In this document: one piece after another, positions 43,680 through 54,088 of the stretch
Layout of the letters: each line of letters opens with the position of its first letter
How positions within the stretch are numbered: position 1 is the first letter of the stretch
Program-made: the position numbers and the translations under genes
Notes under the pieces: model-generated
Databases searched by the model: none
Seen by the model: only the letters and a program-made list of their open reading frames with translations
What the model was told of the DNA's origin: nothing
Source: Acidobacteriaceae bacterium
GTDB lineage: Bacteria > Acidobacteriota > Terriglobia > Terriglobales > Acidobacteriaceae
NCBI GenBank assembly: GCA_035507705.1
Contig: DATJNV010000101.1
Location: forward strand, 90,495-154,494
DNA: 64,000 nucleotides
Direction of reading: 5' to 3'

Positions 43680-45590
43680 ATGGCAAAGATTATAGGTATT
43701 GACTTAGGCACCACAAACTCCGTGGTGGCAGTGATGGAGGGCGGCGAGCCCAAGGTCATCCCCAATGAAGAGGGCGGCCGGACTACCCCATCCGTCGTCG
43801 GCTTCACCAAGAGCGGCGAGCGACTGGTGGGCCAAGTGGCGAAGCGGCAGGCGATCACCAATCCGGAAAACACGATTTACTCGATCAAGCGCTTCATGGG
43901 CCGTCGGGCGAATGAAGTAACCGACGAGATGAAGATGGTCCCCTACAAGGTAAAGCCGCAGGGCGACCATGTGGTGATCGTGGCGCAAGGCAAGGAGTAT
44001 ACGCCGCCGGAGATTTCCGCGATGATTCTGCAGAAACTGAAGAAGGCTGCGGAAGACTACCTCGGCACGACGGTGACCGAAGCCGTCATTACAGTGCCGG
44101 CATACTTCAACGACGCCCAGCGCCAGGCGACCAAGGACGCGGGAAAGATCGCCGGCTTGGATGTGAAACGTATTGTCAACGAGCCGACGGCGGCAGCATT
44201 GGCGTATGGCCTGGACAAGAAGAAGGACGAGACGATCATCGTCTATGACTTCGGTGGCGGAACATTTGACGTATCCGTGCTCGAAGTCGGCGAAGGCGTG
44301 ATCGAAGTCAAAGCCACCAATGGGGATACCCACCTGGGCGGCGACAACATTGACCAGCGGATTGTTGACTGGTTGATCGATGAATTCAAGAAGGACGAGC
44401 AGCTCGATCTGCGAGCCAAAGGTAATGAAATGGCTCTGCAGCGGCTGAAGGATGCAGCGGAAAAAGCCAAGATCGAGCTTTCGACGACGCTCGAAACCGA
44501 GATCAATCTGCCCTTCATCACGGCAGACGCGACCGGACCAAAACACCTGGTAAAGAAGCTGACCCGGTCAAAGCTCGAGCAGCTGGTCGAAGACCTCGTG
44601 CAGCGCTCGGTGGAGCCCTGCAAGAAAGCTATGGCCGACGCGCAGATCGACACCAGCAAGATCGATGAGGTCGTTCTGGTGGGCGGGCAGACCCGCATGC
44701 CGCGTATTCAGCAGTTGGTAAAAGAACTGTTCGGCAAAGAGCCTCATAAGGGTGTCAATCCTGACGAGGTGGTTGCGGTGGGTGCGGCCGTACAGGCCGG
44801 TGTGCTGGCCGGAGAAGTAACGGACCTGTTGTTGCTCGATGTCACGCCGCTGACCCTGGCGATTGAAACGCTGGGCGGGGTGGCAACCAAGATGATCGGG
44901 CGCAACACAACCATCCCGACCAAGAAGACGGAGACGTTTTCGACTGCGGCCGACAACCAGACGGAAGTCGAGGTTCACGTGCTTCAGGGCGAGCGGCCAA
45001 TGGCCGCGCAGAACCGCACTTTGGGTAAGTTCAAGCTGAGCGGGATCCCTCCGGCCCCACGCGGCATACCTCAGGTCGAAGTGACTTTCGACATTGATGC
45101 CAACGGCATCCTGAACGTGACCGCGAAAGATACGGCCACGGGCAAGGACCAGAAGATCACCATCACTTCCTCTTCGGGCCTGAGCAAGGAAGAAGTGGAT
45201 CGCATGGCGAAGGAAGCCGAAGCGCATGCCGGCGAAGACCAGGCGAAACGCGATGAAGTAGAAGCGCGCAATTCGCTCGACAACATGGTCTACAACGTCG
45301 AGAAGATGCTGAAGGATAACGGCGACAAGGTTTCCGGCAGCGACAAGAGCGACGTTGAGTCGGCACTGGCACAAGCCAAGACCGCACTCCAGGGAAGCTC
45401 GAGTGCAAGTGAGTTGAACGGCGCGAGAGAGAAACTGACCGCGGCTTCGCACAAACTGGCCGAGGCTATGTACAAGGCAAACGCTGCCGGGGCTTCCGCT
45501 CCGGCCGATGGAGCCCCAGAAGCCTCCGCAGGCGAGAAGAAAGAAGAGGGCGTCATCGACGCCGAGTACGTGGACGTGGATAAAAAGTAA
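43680..45590 (+). CDS. dnaK: Molecular chaperone DnaK (Hsp70)
   Basis: [22 protein letters not shown], and full-length Hsp70 colinearity. Confidence 0.97.
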   Translation: MAKIIGIDLGTTNSVVAVMEGGEPKVIPNEEGGRTTPSVVGFTKSGERLVGQVAKRQAITNPENTIYSIKRFMGRRANEVTDEMKMVPYKVKPQGDHVVIVAQGKEYTPPEISAMILQKLKKAAEDYLGTTVTEAVITVPAYFNDAQRQATKDAGKIAGLDVKRIVNEPTAAALAYGLDKKKDETIIVYDFGGGTFDVSVLEVGEGVIEVKATNGDTHLGGDNIDQRIVDWLIDEFKKDEQLDLRAKGNEMALQRLKDAAEKAKIELSTTLETEINLPFITADATGPKHLVKKLTRSKLEQLVEDLVQRSVEPCKKAMADAQIDTSKIDEVVLVGGQTRMPRIQQLVKELFGKEPHKGVNPDEVVAVGAAVQAGVLAGEVTDLLLLDVTPLTLAIETLGGVATKMIGRNTTIPTKKTETFSTAADNQTEVEVHVLQGERPMAAQNRTLGKFKLSGIPPAPRGIPQVEVTFDIDANGILNVTAKDTATGKDQKITITSSSGLSKEEVDRMAKEAEAHAGEDQAKRDEVEARNSLDNMVYNVEKMLKDNGDKVSGSDKSDVESALAQAKTALQGSSSASELNGAREKLTAASHKLAEAMYKANAAGASAPADGAPEASAGEKKEEGVIDAEYVDVDKK

Positions 45591-45617
45591 GGGCGGGATA
45601 GTAACCAGGCAGGACAT

Positions 45618-45650
45618 GGGGCGCTCAACCGCCGGAGCGCCCCGTGCTTT
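45618..45650 (+). terminator. Weak hairpin/attenuator after dnaK
   Basis: GGGGCGCTC (45618-45626), 8-nt loop, GAGCGCCCC (45635-45643), followed by GTGCTTTAT. The poor U-tract makes partial termination or an mRNA-stability role more plausible than a strong terminator. Confidence 0.35.
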
Positions 45651-45678
45651 ATCGCAGGAGAGGTGGGAAGCAACAAAA

Positions 45679-45849
45679 ATGACGGACACACTTTGGAAAC
45701 TTGAACAATTAAGAGCGGGACAGATCTACAACCAGGTCATGTTCAACACTCGCGAAGAAGCGGAGAGCTTCGCCGCGCAGATGGCCAAGATAGCACCCGA
45801 TCTGTTTTGCCGAATTGAACCGGTAGAAGCCCGGTTGTGGTGGAACTGA
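45679..45849 (+). CDS. Small hypothetical protein (56 aa) between dnaK and dnaJ
   Basis: MTDTLWKLEQLRAGQIYNQVMFNTREEAESFAAQMAKIAPDLFCRIEPVEARLWWN. A purine-rich GGAGAGGTGGGAAG lies upstream. The composition looks globular. Confidence 0.5.
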   Translation: MTDTLWKLEQLRAGQIYNQVMFNTREEAESFAAQMAKIAPDLFCRIEPVEARLWWN

Positions 45850-45915
45850 AGTAAGTCGGGTCGCCAGATCGGCGGCCCGAACCATTTGTAATTCAGGAAT
45901 CAATCAAGACAGAAC

Positions 45916-47139
45916 ATGGCAACGACACCGACCAAAGATTATTACGCTGTTCTGGGAGTCAAGAAGACGGCCACGGCGGAGGAAATCCGCAAGGCCTTCC
46001 GCAAACTTGCGCGTAAACATCACCCGGACGTGAATCCCGGGGACAAGAAAGCGGAAGAGCGATTCAAAGAGATTTCGGAAGCCAACGACATCCTGAGCGA
46101 TGAGAAAAAGCGCAAGGTGTACGACGCGCTGGGGTACTACTCCGATCAGATCGATCCGGCGGCGGCAGAAGCGGCGGCCAGGGGCGGCTATGGTGGCTTC
46201 CCGGGAGGATCGGCAGGTTCCACCCGGCGGCCGGGAGGAGGACAGGGTGTTCCCTTCGATTTCGGAGGTTTCGACTTCTCCGACTATGCAACCGGCAACG
46301 CCGGCGCCCCTGCTGGCGGTTCTACCAGCTCCGGCTGGGGCGGCTTCAGGGATATTTTCTCCAGTGTCTTTTCTCAAGGTCACAAGCAGCAGGGACCGCA
46401 ACCAGGGACCGATCTGGAATATCAAATCACGGTTGATTTCTGGACTGCCATCCGGGGGGGAGTGGCCCGTATTCAGGTAGTGCGACAGGAAGTCTGCCCC
46501 AGCTGCAAGGGGAAACCCGTTAGCGGCGGCGGCCCATGTCCTGAGTGCCAGGGCACAGGGCAAGTCACGCAGACCGGCGGACGCATGAAATTCAAAATCG
46601 CCTGCCCACGGTGTGGAGGCACCGGCAAAACCGAGAATGTGTGTTCCACCTGTGGGGGCGAAGGCACCGTCACCAGGACGGAAAACGTCGAGGTGCGCAT
46701 CAAGCCCGGTACCCGTGACGGCCAGAGGATTCGGCTGGCTGGCAAGGGTAATGCCGGCGTCAACGGCGGCGCCTCCGGCGATCTTTACCTGATCATCAAG
46801 ATCGACAACCATCCGGTATTTACCCGTTCGGGAGACGATATTCAGGTCACGATCCCGGTAACCGTGCCGGAGGCGGCGCTGGGCGCCAAGATCGAGGTGC
46901 CGACCATCGACGGGCGCGCCCAATTGAAGATCCCGCCCGGGACACAAAGCGGTCAGAAGCTCCGCATGCGGGGAAAAGGTGTGCCTTCGGCGACTCACGA
47001 AGGAAACCGGGGAGATGAAATCGTCACCGTGGAGATCGTGGTCCCGCAGCTTCGCGATGAGCGATCAAAAGAGATTTTGCGCGAATTTGCCAAGTTGAAT
47101 CCCGAAGATCCGAGAGAAGCAATCCTGGCCGGCGTGTAA
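45916..47139 (+). CDS. dnaJ: Molecular chaperone DnaJ (type I Hsp40)
   Basis: J-domain (DYYAVLGV...HHPDVNP), a G/F-rich linker, and four CxxCxGxG zinc-finger repeats. Confidence 0.95.
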   Translation: MATTPTKDYYAVLGVKKTATAEEIRKAFRKLARKHHPDVNPGDKKAEERFKEISEANDILSDEKKRKVYDALGYYSDQIDPAAAEAAARGGYGGFPGGSAGSTRRPGGGQGVPFDFGGFDFSDYATGNAGAPAGGSTSSGWGGFRDIFSSVFSQGHKQQGPQPGTDLEYQITVDFWTAIRGGVARIQVVRQEVCPSCKGKPVSGGGPCPECQGTGQVTQTGGRMKFKIACPRCGGTGKTENVCSTCGGEGTVTRTENVEVRIKPGTRDGQRIRLAGKGNAGVNGGASGDLYLIIKIDNHPVFTRSGDDIQVTIPVTVPEAALGAKIEVPTIDGRAQLKIPPGTQSGQKLRMRGKGVPSATHEGNRGDEIVTVEIVVPQLRDERSKEILREFAKLNPEDPREAILAGV

Positions 47140-47157
47140 GAGAGGCGTGGAACGAAA

Positions 47158-47559
47158 ATGCCCACAAAACGTAAATCAAAAGGCGCTTACATGATCTCGG
47201 CAGTAGCCGAGATGTACGAGATTCACCCGCAGACGCTGCGACTTTATGAGCGGGAAGGGCTCCTCCAGCCCTCGCGTACCGTGGGCAACACCCGTTTGTA
47301 CACGGATGAAGACCTCGAGCGGCTGGAGTTCATTCTCAACCTGGCGCGCGAGTTGGGCGTCAACATCGCCGGTATCGCCATCATTCTCCAGATGCGCGAG
47401 CGGATGGAGGAAATGAATCGCCAGATGCAGTCCTTTGTCGACTATGTGCGCACTGAGATGCTGGCCAAGATGCAGCAAGGCATGCCCGCCAGCGAGGGCG
47501 CCCTGGTCGCTTTGCGGCGGCCCGTGGTGGTCCCGGAGGCACCGGCTCGTAAGCGCTAG
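47158..47559 (+). CDS. hspR: MerR-family heat-shock repressor HspR
   Basis: MerR HTH (YMISAVAEMYEIHPQTLRLYEREGLLQPSRTVGNTRLY). It lies 18 nt downstream of dnaJ in the same orientation. Confidence 0.8.
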   Translation: MPTKRKSKGAYMISAVAEMYEIHPQTLRLYEREGLLQPSRTVGNTRLYTDEDLERLEFILNLARELGVNIAGIAIILQMRERMEEMNRQMQSFVDYVRTEMLAKMQQGMPASEGALVALRRPVVVPEAPARKR

Positions 47560-47618
47560 TTGTCTTCCCGCAGCTTTTGGGACGAAGTGTACTCTAACAG
47601 TGTCAAGACACCGTACGC

Positions 47619-48812
47619 ATGATGACTTTTCTGCTCGTCCTCAGCATCACCGGCATTCTCACCTCGACGATGTATGCCTTACTAGTGGGGGTGGGGGCGT
47701 TTCGTCTGCTACGACGACGGCGGGCGGCACTTGCGGAGTCATTCGTCCCTCCAGCCAGCTTGCTGAAACCGCTGCACGGCTCAGAACCCGATCTCGAAGC
47801 TCATTTGCAAAGCTTCTTTGAGCAGGATTACCCGGAGTTCGAAGTTATCTTTTGCGCCCGGAGCGAACAGGACGCCGGTCTGGAGACCGCCCGTCGTGTA
47901 GCTGCGCGTTATCCCCAAATTCGCTCCAGGTTTTTGGTCAGTGGCACGGCTCCTTATCCCAATGCCAAAGTTTGGTCCCTGGAGCACATGCAGCATGCCG
48001 CCGCCCATCGCTTTTTGGTAATCAGCGATAGCGATGTTTCGGTGACTCCGGACTATCTGCGGGCAGTGATGGCCCCTTTCGCCGATAAGCGCGTGGGATT
48101 GGTCACTTGCCTTTATCGCGGGGTTGGGAACAGTTTCTGGTCGAGGCTGGAAGCAGTCGGTATGTCGATCGAAATGTCGGCTGGGGTGTTGGTGGCAGAG
48201 TTGCTCGAGGGCATGAAGTTCGCCCTGGGGCCGACCATGGTCGTGCGGCGAGACAGCCTTGAAGCCGCCGGCGGTTTTCATGCGCTGGGCTCTTACCATG
48301 CTGACGACTTCATGCTGGGTAATCTGATCGCTGCCACGGGCGAACGGGTGGTGCTTTCCACGCACGTTATCGACCATCATGTTCTGAATTCTTCATTTCT
48401 CCCTTCCGTGATGCATCAGATCCGCTGGATGAAGAGCACTCGCTTCTCGCGCCCCAAAGGCCATTTCGGGACCGCTCTCACTTTCAGCATGCCCTATGGC
48501 TTATTGGCTGCTTTTGCCGCCGGGGCATTCCATCGTCCTTTGCTCGGCGTTGTGCTGCTGCTCTGGTGCTGGACGACGCGACTAGCTTTAAGCTCCCTTG
48601 TAGGTAGCCTGGTAGTCGCCGAGGCAAGGCTGCTGCGTACGGTTCTGCTCTACCCGCTCCGCGACCTGTTGGGCTTTTGCTATTGGGCAACCAGCTATTT
48701 CAGCAACCAGGTGCGGTGGCGCGGAGAAGTCTACAACCTGCTCGAGGATGGATTTATGAGGCCTGATCCACGGGCTCCTGAGTCCGAACCCGAAGTTGTC
48801 CTCACCGCATAG
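47619..48812 (+). CDS. Membrane GT2/GT21-type glycosyltransferase (ceramide glucosyltransferase / HpnI-like)
   Basis: LLKPLHGSEPDLEAHLQSFFEQDYPEFEVIF, ISDSDV, QIRWMKS (Q/RxxRW-type motif), with flanking TM helices. Confidence 0.7.
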   Translation: MMTFLLVLSITGILTSTMYALLVGVGAFRLLRRRRAALAESFVPPASLLKPLHGSEPDLEAHLQSFFEQDYPEFEVIFCARSEQDAGLETARRVAARYPQIRSRFLVSGTAPYPNAKVWSLEHMQHAAAHRFLVISDSDVSVTPDYLRAVMAPFADKRVGLVTCLYRGVGNSFWSRLEAVGMSIEMSAGVLVAELLEGMKFALGPTMVVRRDSLEAAGGFHALGSYHADDFMLGNLIAATGERVVLSTHVIDHHVLNSSFLPSVMHQIRWMKSTRFSRPKGHFGTALTFSMPYGLLAAFAAGAFHRPLLGVVLLLWCWTTRLALSSLVGSLVVAEARLLRTVLLYPLRDLLGFCYWATSYFSNQVRWRGEVYNLLEDGFMRPDPRAPESEPEVVLTA

Positions 48813-48855
48813 CTCAATTCGTTCGACGCTCTCGCCCCCATAACTTCAGAATTTG

Positions 48856-50733
48856 CTACAGCGGCCGGTCCGTATACAGCGTTTTATCCGAAAGCTCCTG
48901 CAGTAATCGCGCCCGTCTGCCCAGCAGGCTCTCGACGTGTGCGCGATCTTCCACGGGTACGAAAAGGAATCTGCGCGGGCCTTTGCCCCAGAGCGCCATC
49001 AGGTCCTCATCGCTGATTAATATCCGAGGGGCATCGGGGTAATTCGAGCCCCAAAGCACGGAGCTCAACCTGCCATTGACCAGCAGCGCCTGCCGCTGCG
49101 TGTAAAAGAGAAGCGAAGATCCGTTGGCGACGTCGCCATAGATGATCAGCGTGGCCTTAGTCCCAGCAGGTGAAATGCGGTTGATGGTGTCAGCCATGGC
49201 GCGCGAAGAAAGCATAGGCTCAAAACGAACCAGCGCAATATGCGCAGCGATCAGAAAAACAGCGGAAGTGAAAGCCACACTGACCGTGGCTTCAAAATGA
49301 TGGCGGCGCCGTCGAAGCACCCACGCAGCCGCAGGGCCCAGTAAAAACCCGGCGGCAGCGAGACCCGCAGGAAGACGCAGCGCGGCAAACGACGGTCCTG
49401 TGAGATCGAACAAGTGCGCCATCGAGAGCGTGTAGCCGGCAACGTCCCGATGCGCAAGAAGGTCGCCGATGTCGCTGCTGGATGGCAAGGCGCGCGAAGA
49501 CCACAAGCCGTACCCCAGCGCGATCGCGACCAACAGGCCGATCAGAGCGAGCACTCCGTGGGCGCCGATCAACCATCTCTTCTCTCCTTCACTTTCTTCG
49601 CTGGCCAGCGCTCCCGCAGTCAGCAACAAGAGAGGGAAGTAGGCCGGAAAGGTGTAGTACTCCTGATTGGTAGAAATTGAAAAGAAGACCAGAATGACGG
49701 CTGCATAGATGGAGAGCAGCCATATCGTTCTCACGCGGAACAGCGCCGAGCGCGCCGTCACAAACTCCCAGCGGCTGCGTGTGTTCCATGCTCGCTTGAG
49801 AGCAGCGGGCCAGTAGATGCTCCAGGGGAAGAGCCAGACCAGGTGCAGGCTCCAGTACAACGAGAAGGGCAGCTTGTTGTAGTCGAAGGGATAGCGCTTG
49901 CCCAGAAAACGAAGCACGTGCTCGTTGATGAAGTAGAAATAGAAGAAACCGTGGACATTGCCTGGGGTCGGAATATTGCCGACGGGATGACCCGCACCCG
50001 GGTTTCGCAGCCCGGCAAGGATATGCCACGGGGCAGCGATGGCAAGAAACAGCAGCAGTCCGGAGGCTAAGCGGAAATGCCGCCACCGCCGCCAGTCGCC
50101 CGTGAACAGAAGATAAGGGACGACGGCAAGAAAGAAGAAAACGGGAGCTACCAATCCCTTGGCCAGCATGGCGAGAGCCAGGGCGGCCCAGGTCAGGTAA
50201 AAGCGGTTCGGCTTCTCGTCCTCGAGACCGACGAGAAAACTGTAGAGAGCAAACGCCAGCAGCAGGGTCAGCAGGATTTCTGGGATAAAAATCCGCGTAA
50301 AGAGGAACACGCCTATGCAGGTCAGAATACTGAGGGCTGCATAAAACGCCGCGCGCTCACCGTAGGCACGCCGGCCCCACACCCAAGCGAGGGCTGCGAG
50401 CCCAAGCACTCCCAGCGAGAGGGGCAGATGCGTGGCAAAAACGTTGTAACCAAACAGGTGATAATCGACGGCAGCGAGCCAATAGGGCAGCGGTGGCTTC
50501 TCTAGATAACGGACGCCATCCACTTTCAAAGTTACCCAGTCGCCACTCTGGGCCATATACTGGGCTGCAGAGGCGTGTGTGGCGTCAGCGTCATCCAGTA
50601 ACGGTGGCGTGAAGAGAGCCGCCAGATGGACTGCCGCAAAAACCAGCAACAGCAGCGTCCATGCTCGAACTGGAGAAAGGGCAAAATTGCTTTCGGAGGG
50701 CGCCTCGAGGGAAAGAGCGAAGTGATTCGACAT
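48856..50733 (-). CDS. GT39/GT83-type (ArnT/PMT-like) polyprenyl-phosphate-sugar-dependent glycosyltransferase
   Basis: A multi-TM protein with LLDDADATHASAAQYMAQSGDWVTLKVDGVRYLEKPPLPYWL, typical of the ArnT/PMT N-terminal loop. Confidence 0.8.
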   Translation of the reverse strand: MSNHFALSLEAPSESNFALSPVRAWTLLLLVFAAVHLAALFTPPLLDDADATHASAAQYMAQSGDWVTLKVDGVRYLEKPPLPYWLAAVDYHLFGYNVFATHLPLSLGVLGLAALAWVWGRRAYGERAAFYAALSILTCIGVFLFTRIFIPEILLTLLLAFALYSFLVGLEDEKPNRFYLTWAALALAMLAKGLVAPVFFFLAVVPYLLFTGDWRRWRHFRLASGLLLFLAIAAPWHILAGLRNPGAGHPVGNIPTPGNVHGFFYFYFINEHVLRFLGKRYPFDYNKLPFSLYWSLHLVWLFPWSIYWPAALKRAWNTRSRWEFVTARSALFRVRTIWLLSIYAAVILVFFSISTNQEYYTFPAYFPLLLLTAGALASEESEGEKRWLIGAHGVLALIGLLVAIALGYGLWSSRALPSSSDIGDLLAHRDVAGYTLSMAHLFDLTGPSFAALRLPAGLAAAGFLLGPAAAWVLRRRRHHFEATVSVAFTSAVFLIAAHIALVRFEPMLSSRAMADTINRISPAGTKATLIIYGDVANGSSLLFYTQRQALLVNGRLSSVLWGSNYPDAPRILISDEDLMALWGKGPRRFLFVPVEDRAHVESLLGRRARLLQELSDKTLYTDRPL

Positions 50734-51676
50734 GGCTCACAAAAACGCGGTCGCTAACCAGCAGGATAGCAGCCAAACAACTGATCCTTTGGCCGCAGCA
50801 GCCAACACGTTCAAGACCGCAGTCCAGCAGTGCGTGGAACATGCAAGCCCGGATGCCGTACACCGCGTGAGAACCGGCTCACGCCGCGTGCAGGCGATGC
50901 TTGAAGCCATGCTGCGCGAAAATCCCACTCTGGCAGAACCGGCGAAGGCCTGGCTGCGACAACTGAAGCAAGTGCGCCGCTCCGCCGGCGAAGTGCGCGA
51001 CCTGGATGTACATCGCAAGCTTTTGCAACAGTGGCTTGGCAAAGAATCGCCTCTACAGGAAGGCGGTGCGGATAACCCCCTCGCCAGGCAGGCAGAAAAA
51101 CTGGATGATTGGCTGCAGGATGAGCGAACGCATCTGGCCCACAGCATGCTGAAGCAACTCAAAAAGCGTCAGCAGCGGCTGGCCGCCGCGGAAGCAGGCT
51201 TTCAGGAAGCTATCCTCACCGGAACACGGCGCCATGTGAGGCTTGCGCATTCGGCCGATGCCCTTGCTTTAGAGGACTTTATTCGCGTGGTCGATGCCAT
51301 GCCGCACCTCGATGCGGAAAACCTGCATGATTTTCGCAAGCAGATCAAAAAGGCACGATATCTAGCCGAATCAGGCGAAGAAACTCCGGGAAGCAGCAGC
51401 GTTGCCCAGGCTCTGAAGCGGGTGCAGGATGCAATCGGCGAATGGCACGATTGGTTTTGCCTTCAGCAGGAAGCCACGACCGCTCTCGAAGGTGGTGCAC
51501 CCGAATTGTGCGCTTTCTTAAAGCGCGAGGCAGAGCGGCATTTTGTTCTGGCGATGAAAACAACGCAAACTATGCGCGCACGTCTTACCGGGGAATGGAT
51601 GGCTATGCATCCCTCTCACTTTAAGCGCCCGGCCGCATCGGTAAGAACGGATCGACGCTTCGCCTCCGGCCTCTAA
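50732..51676 (+). CDS. CHAD domain-containing protein
   Basis: VHRVRTGSRRVQAMLE, VRDLDVH, HDFRKQIKKARYLAE; it lies directly upstream of ppx. The start is uncertain, with an alternative GTG near 50834. Confidence 0.75.
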   Translation: MAHKNAVANQQDSSQTTDPLAAAANTFKTAVQQCVEHASPDAVHRVRTGSRRVQAMLEAMLRENPTLAEPAKAWLRQLKQVRRSAGEVRDLDVHRKLLQQWLGKESPLQEGGADNPLARQAEKLDDWLQDERTHLAHSMLKQLKKRQQRLAAAEAGFQEAILTGTRRHVRLAHSADALALEDFIRVVDAMPHLDAENLHDFRKQIKKARYLAESGEETPGSSSVAQALKRVQDAIGEWHDWFCLQQEATTALEGGAPELCAFLKREAERHFVLAMKTTQTMRARLTGEWMAMHPSHFKRPAASVRTDRRFASGL

Positions 51677-51754
51677 AGCGCAGCGGCATTCATGGAAGTG
51701 TTGTATCGTGCTTTGTGGCGCATGATTTTCCTCGAGGTGTAATTCCCCCCAAAA

Positions 51755-53299
51755 ATGCAGACGTACGCAGCGATTGACATTGGTTCCAACTCCTGCCGAT
51801 TAAAGATCGCGCGAGTCCAACAACATCAGTTAAAAGTTCTCCACGAAGATCGAGAAGTCACCCGTTTGGGGGCCAGCGTTTTCGAAACCGGCGTGGTTTC
51901 TCCTGAAGCCATGGCCGGCACCTTGCTGGCGCTCAAGCGTTTTTACCGTGCGGTGAAGATGCACGGCGCCGACCGGGTGCGAGCGGTGGCCACTTCCGCA
52001 TTGCGCGACGCTCGCAATGCGATGGCTTTTTTGGCCTGGGTCAAATCCGAGACAGGCTGGGAGGTGGAAATCATCTCCGGACTGGAAGAGGCGCGGTTGA
52101 TCCATCGTGGCGTGATGGGCGAAGCCGGAAGCCAGGGCAGATGCCTGCTCATCGATGTAGGCGGCGGCAGCTGCGAGATCACTCTCTCCGAGCGCAAACG
52201 CATCAAGGAAACGGTAAGTCTTCCGCTGGGCGCGGTCCGGCTGACGAAGGAATTCCTGCACACAGACCCGCCAACGGAGGAAGAGCTTGCCCGAATGAAG
52301 CAGTTCATCGCACGCGAGGTGCGCAAGGCAGAACGGCGCTTCGGGAAATTGAAAGTCTCCATGGTCATCGCGACTTCCGGCACCGCCGCGGCGCTGGCCC
52401 AAGCCAGCCAAACCATGCACAAGACCAGGGTGCCGCGAAAGAGCGCCACTGCGGCGGCGAGGCTGATGGCGGTGACTCGGGATGTGCGCCGTCTAACCAA
52501 CAAATTAACCGGAATGACGGTTGGCCAACGGAGTGGTGTTCCGGGTATTGGTCCAAAGCGTAGCGAGATCGTGATCGCCGGAGCCCATGCCTATGCTGCA
52601 GTACTGGAACACTTCGCCCTTCCTGGATTCACCTATTCAGAGCTTGGCCTGCGAGACGGCATCCTGTCGCAGATGCTGGCGGAGCAGGATCCCAAGGCGG
52701 CCGCCCACCAGGTATTCGAGCAGGAGCGTTGGCAGGCGGTGCTGGCTACCTGCAGACGCTACGGCGTCGATCCCAAGCAAGCAGATCCCGTCCGTCACCA
52801 CGCTTTGCAGCTCTTTCGCGATTTGCATTCTGTTCACGAACTGCCCCCGGAATACAGCTCATGGCTTGAGGCGGCCGCCATGATGCGCGACGTAGGCAAA
52901 TTCATGAACTACTGGGGACATCATCGTCATGCGCAGTACATCGTCGCCAACTCCGAGCTATTCGGGTTCACTCCGCAGCAACGGGCGATCATGTCTGCGA
53001 TCGCGCGATATCTGGGGAAGTCTCGTCCGGATCCAGCGGATCGAACCATGCGGCCCATTCCGCCAGAAGAATTCTCTCGTGTGCAACGGGCGGTAGTGTT
53101 GCTGCGGCTAGCGGTCGCTCTGAACCAGGATCGGGCAAGCGATGTTCTCAAAGTGGCGCTGCACGTCTACCCTAAGCGCGTGACTATGCTGCTGAGCCCG
53201 GGAAGGACAGGCGCAGAGTTGGAACTATGGTCGTTGCGAAAGGAAGGCGACTACTTCCGCGAGGTCTTCCGGCGAGAGCTTTTTGTGGCGCTGGCGTAA
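51755..53299 (+). CDS. ppx: Exopolyphosphatase (Ppx/GppA family)
   Basis: YAAIDIGSNSCRLKIA, LIDVGGGSCE, and a C-terminal HD-like domain. Confidence 0.9.
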   Translation: MQTYAAIDIGSNSCRLKIARVQQHQLKVLHEDREVTRLGASVFETGVVSPEAMAGTLLALKRFYRAVKMHGADRVRAVATSALRDARNAMAFLAWVKSETGWEVEIISGLEEARLIHRGVMGEAGSQGRCLLIDVGGGSCEITLSERKRIKETVSLPLGAVRLTKEFLHTDPPTEEELARMKQFIAREVRKAERRFGKLKVSMVIATSGTAAALAQASQTMHKTRVPRKSATAAARLMAVTRDVRRLTNKLTGMTVGQRSGVPGIGPKRSEIVIAGAHAYAAVLEHFALPGFTYSELGLRDGILSQMLAEQDPKAAAHQVFEQERWQAVLATCRRYGVDPKQADPVRHHALQLFRDLHSVHELPPEYSSWLEAAAMMRDVGKFMNYWGHHRHAQYIVANSELFGFTPQQRAIMSAIARYLGKSRPDPADRTMRPIPPEEFSRVQRAVVLLRLAVALNQDRASDVLKVALHVYPKRVTMLLSPGRTGAELELWSLRKEGDYFREVFRRELFVALA

Positions 53300-53778
53300 A
53301 GCTGGCGCAACAAGCGGGCATCGACGAGAGACATGAGTTGCCCCGGCTTTCGGCTGCAGTCAACGCGCGCAATCGAGCTCTTTCGCATACGAATGGCGGC
53401 TGGCCGTGGAGCACAGATGAGCGAGCCCAAAAATTCCGTCAGGTTGGGATTGTGACCCACCACCAATACGTTCTCGTGGCTGGAGAGGCTGGTTACTAGC
53501 GCCTGAAAGCCCGCCACCGTGCCCGCTGGGGACATTACATCTGAAATCTGAATTTTGCTGTCATAGGCTACCTCGGTCCCAACCAGAGAAGCCGTCTGCA
53601 GGGCTCGCTTTAGCGGGCTGGAGACAATTAGGTCAAACTGCACCTTCATCGCATTCAGATACCGCGCGATCAGCAGACACTGCTCTTTGCCTTCTTTGTC
53701 GAGTGGGCGTTTCGCATCAACGGTTGGGGATGCTCGGCGAACACCCGCGCTCGCATGCCGGAGAACGTAAAGATTCAT
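53251..53778 (-). CDS. sixA: Phosphohistidine phosphatase SixA
   Basis: MNLYVLRHASAG, SSPLKRALQTA, VVGHNPNL. The 3' end overlaps the ppx 3' end by 49 nt. Confidence 0.8.
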   Translation of the reverse strand: MNLYVLRHASAGVRRASPTVDAKRPLDKEGKEQCLLIARYLNAMKVQFDLIVSSPLKRALQTASLVGTEVAYDSKIQISDVMSPAGTVAGFQALVTSLSSHENVLVVGHNPNLTEFLGSLICAPRPAAIRMRKSSIARVDCSRKPGQLMSLVDARLLRQLYASATKSSRRKTSRK

Positions 53779-54088
53779 CGGGATTGGTTCGTCGCACGCT
53801 CAGACCCAGCGTGGCTTTCGTTTTCTATTTTAACCCGATTGTAACAATTAGAGCCTCGTTGCACTAAGGCTTTCTCAGAAGACCGGCGCCGGCGTGGGCA
53901 TGGGGTCGACCGGGAGACCCGGGTCCGGATCGGGTGGCGGTAACGGCACCGGATCAGGATCAGGAGCAGGATCGGGACCGGGCTGGGGGAGAACGTCGGG
54001 ATCAGGCGATGGCATACAAGTTGGAGGAGGTTGGGAAGACGGACGGTTGCTTCCTCTTCCTGACCAAACACTTCTGGGCTCGTCCGGG

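Noticed and set aside
43704-46998. Very long ORFs antisense to dnaK (43704-44546, 44568-45689) and dnaJ (45904-46998), of 280-373 aa.
   Set aside because: They lie exactly opposite unmistakable dnaK/dnaJ coding sequence. Their composition is Arg/Leu/His-rich and low in information, typical of shadow frames in GC-rich DNA, and they have no motif, no SD and no independent support.
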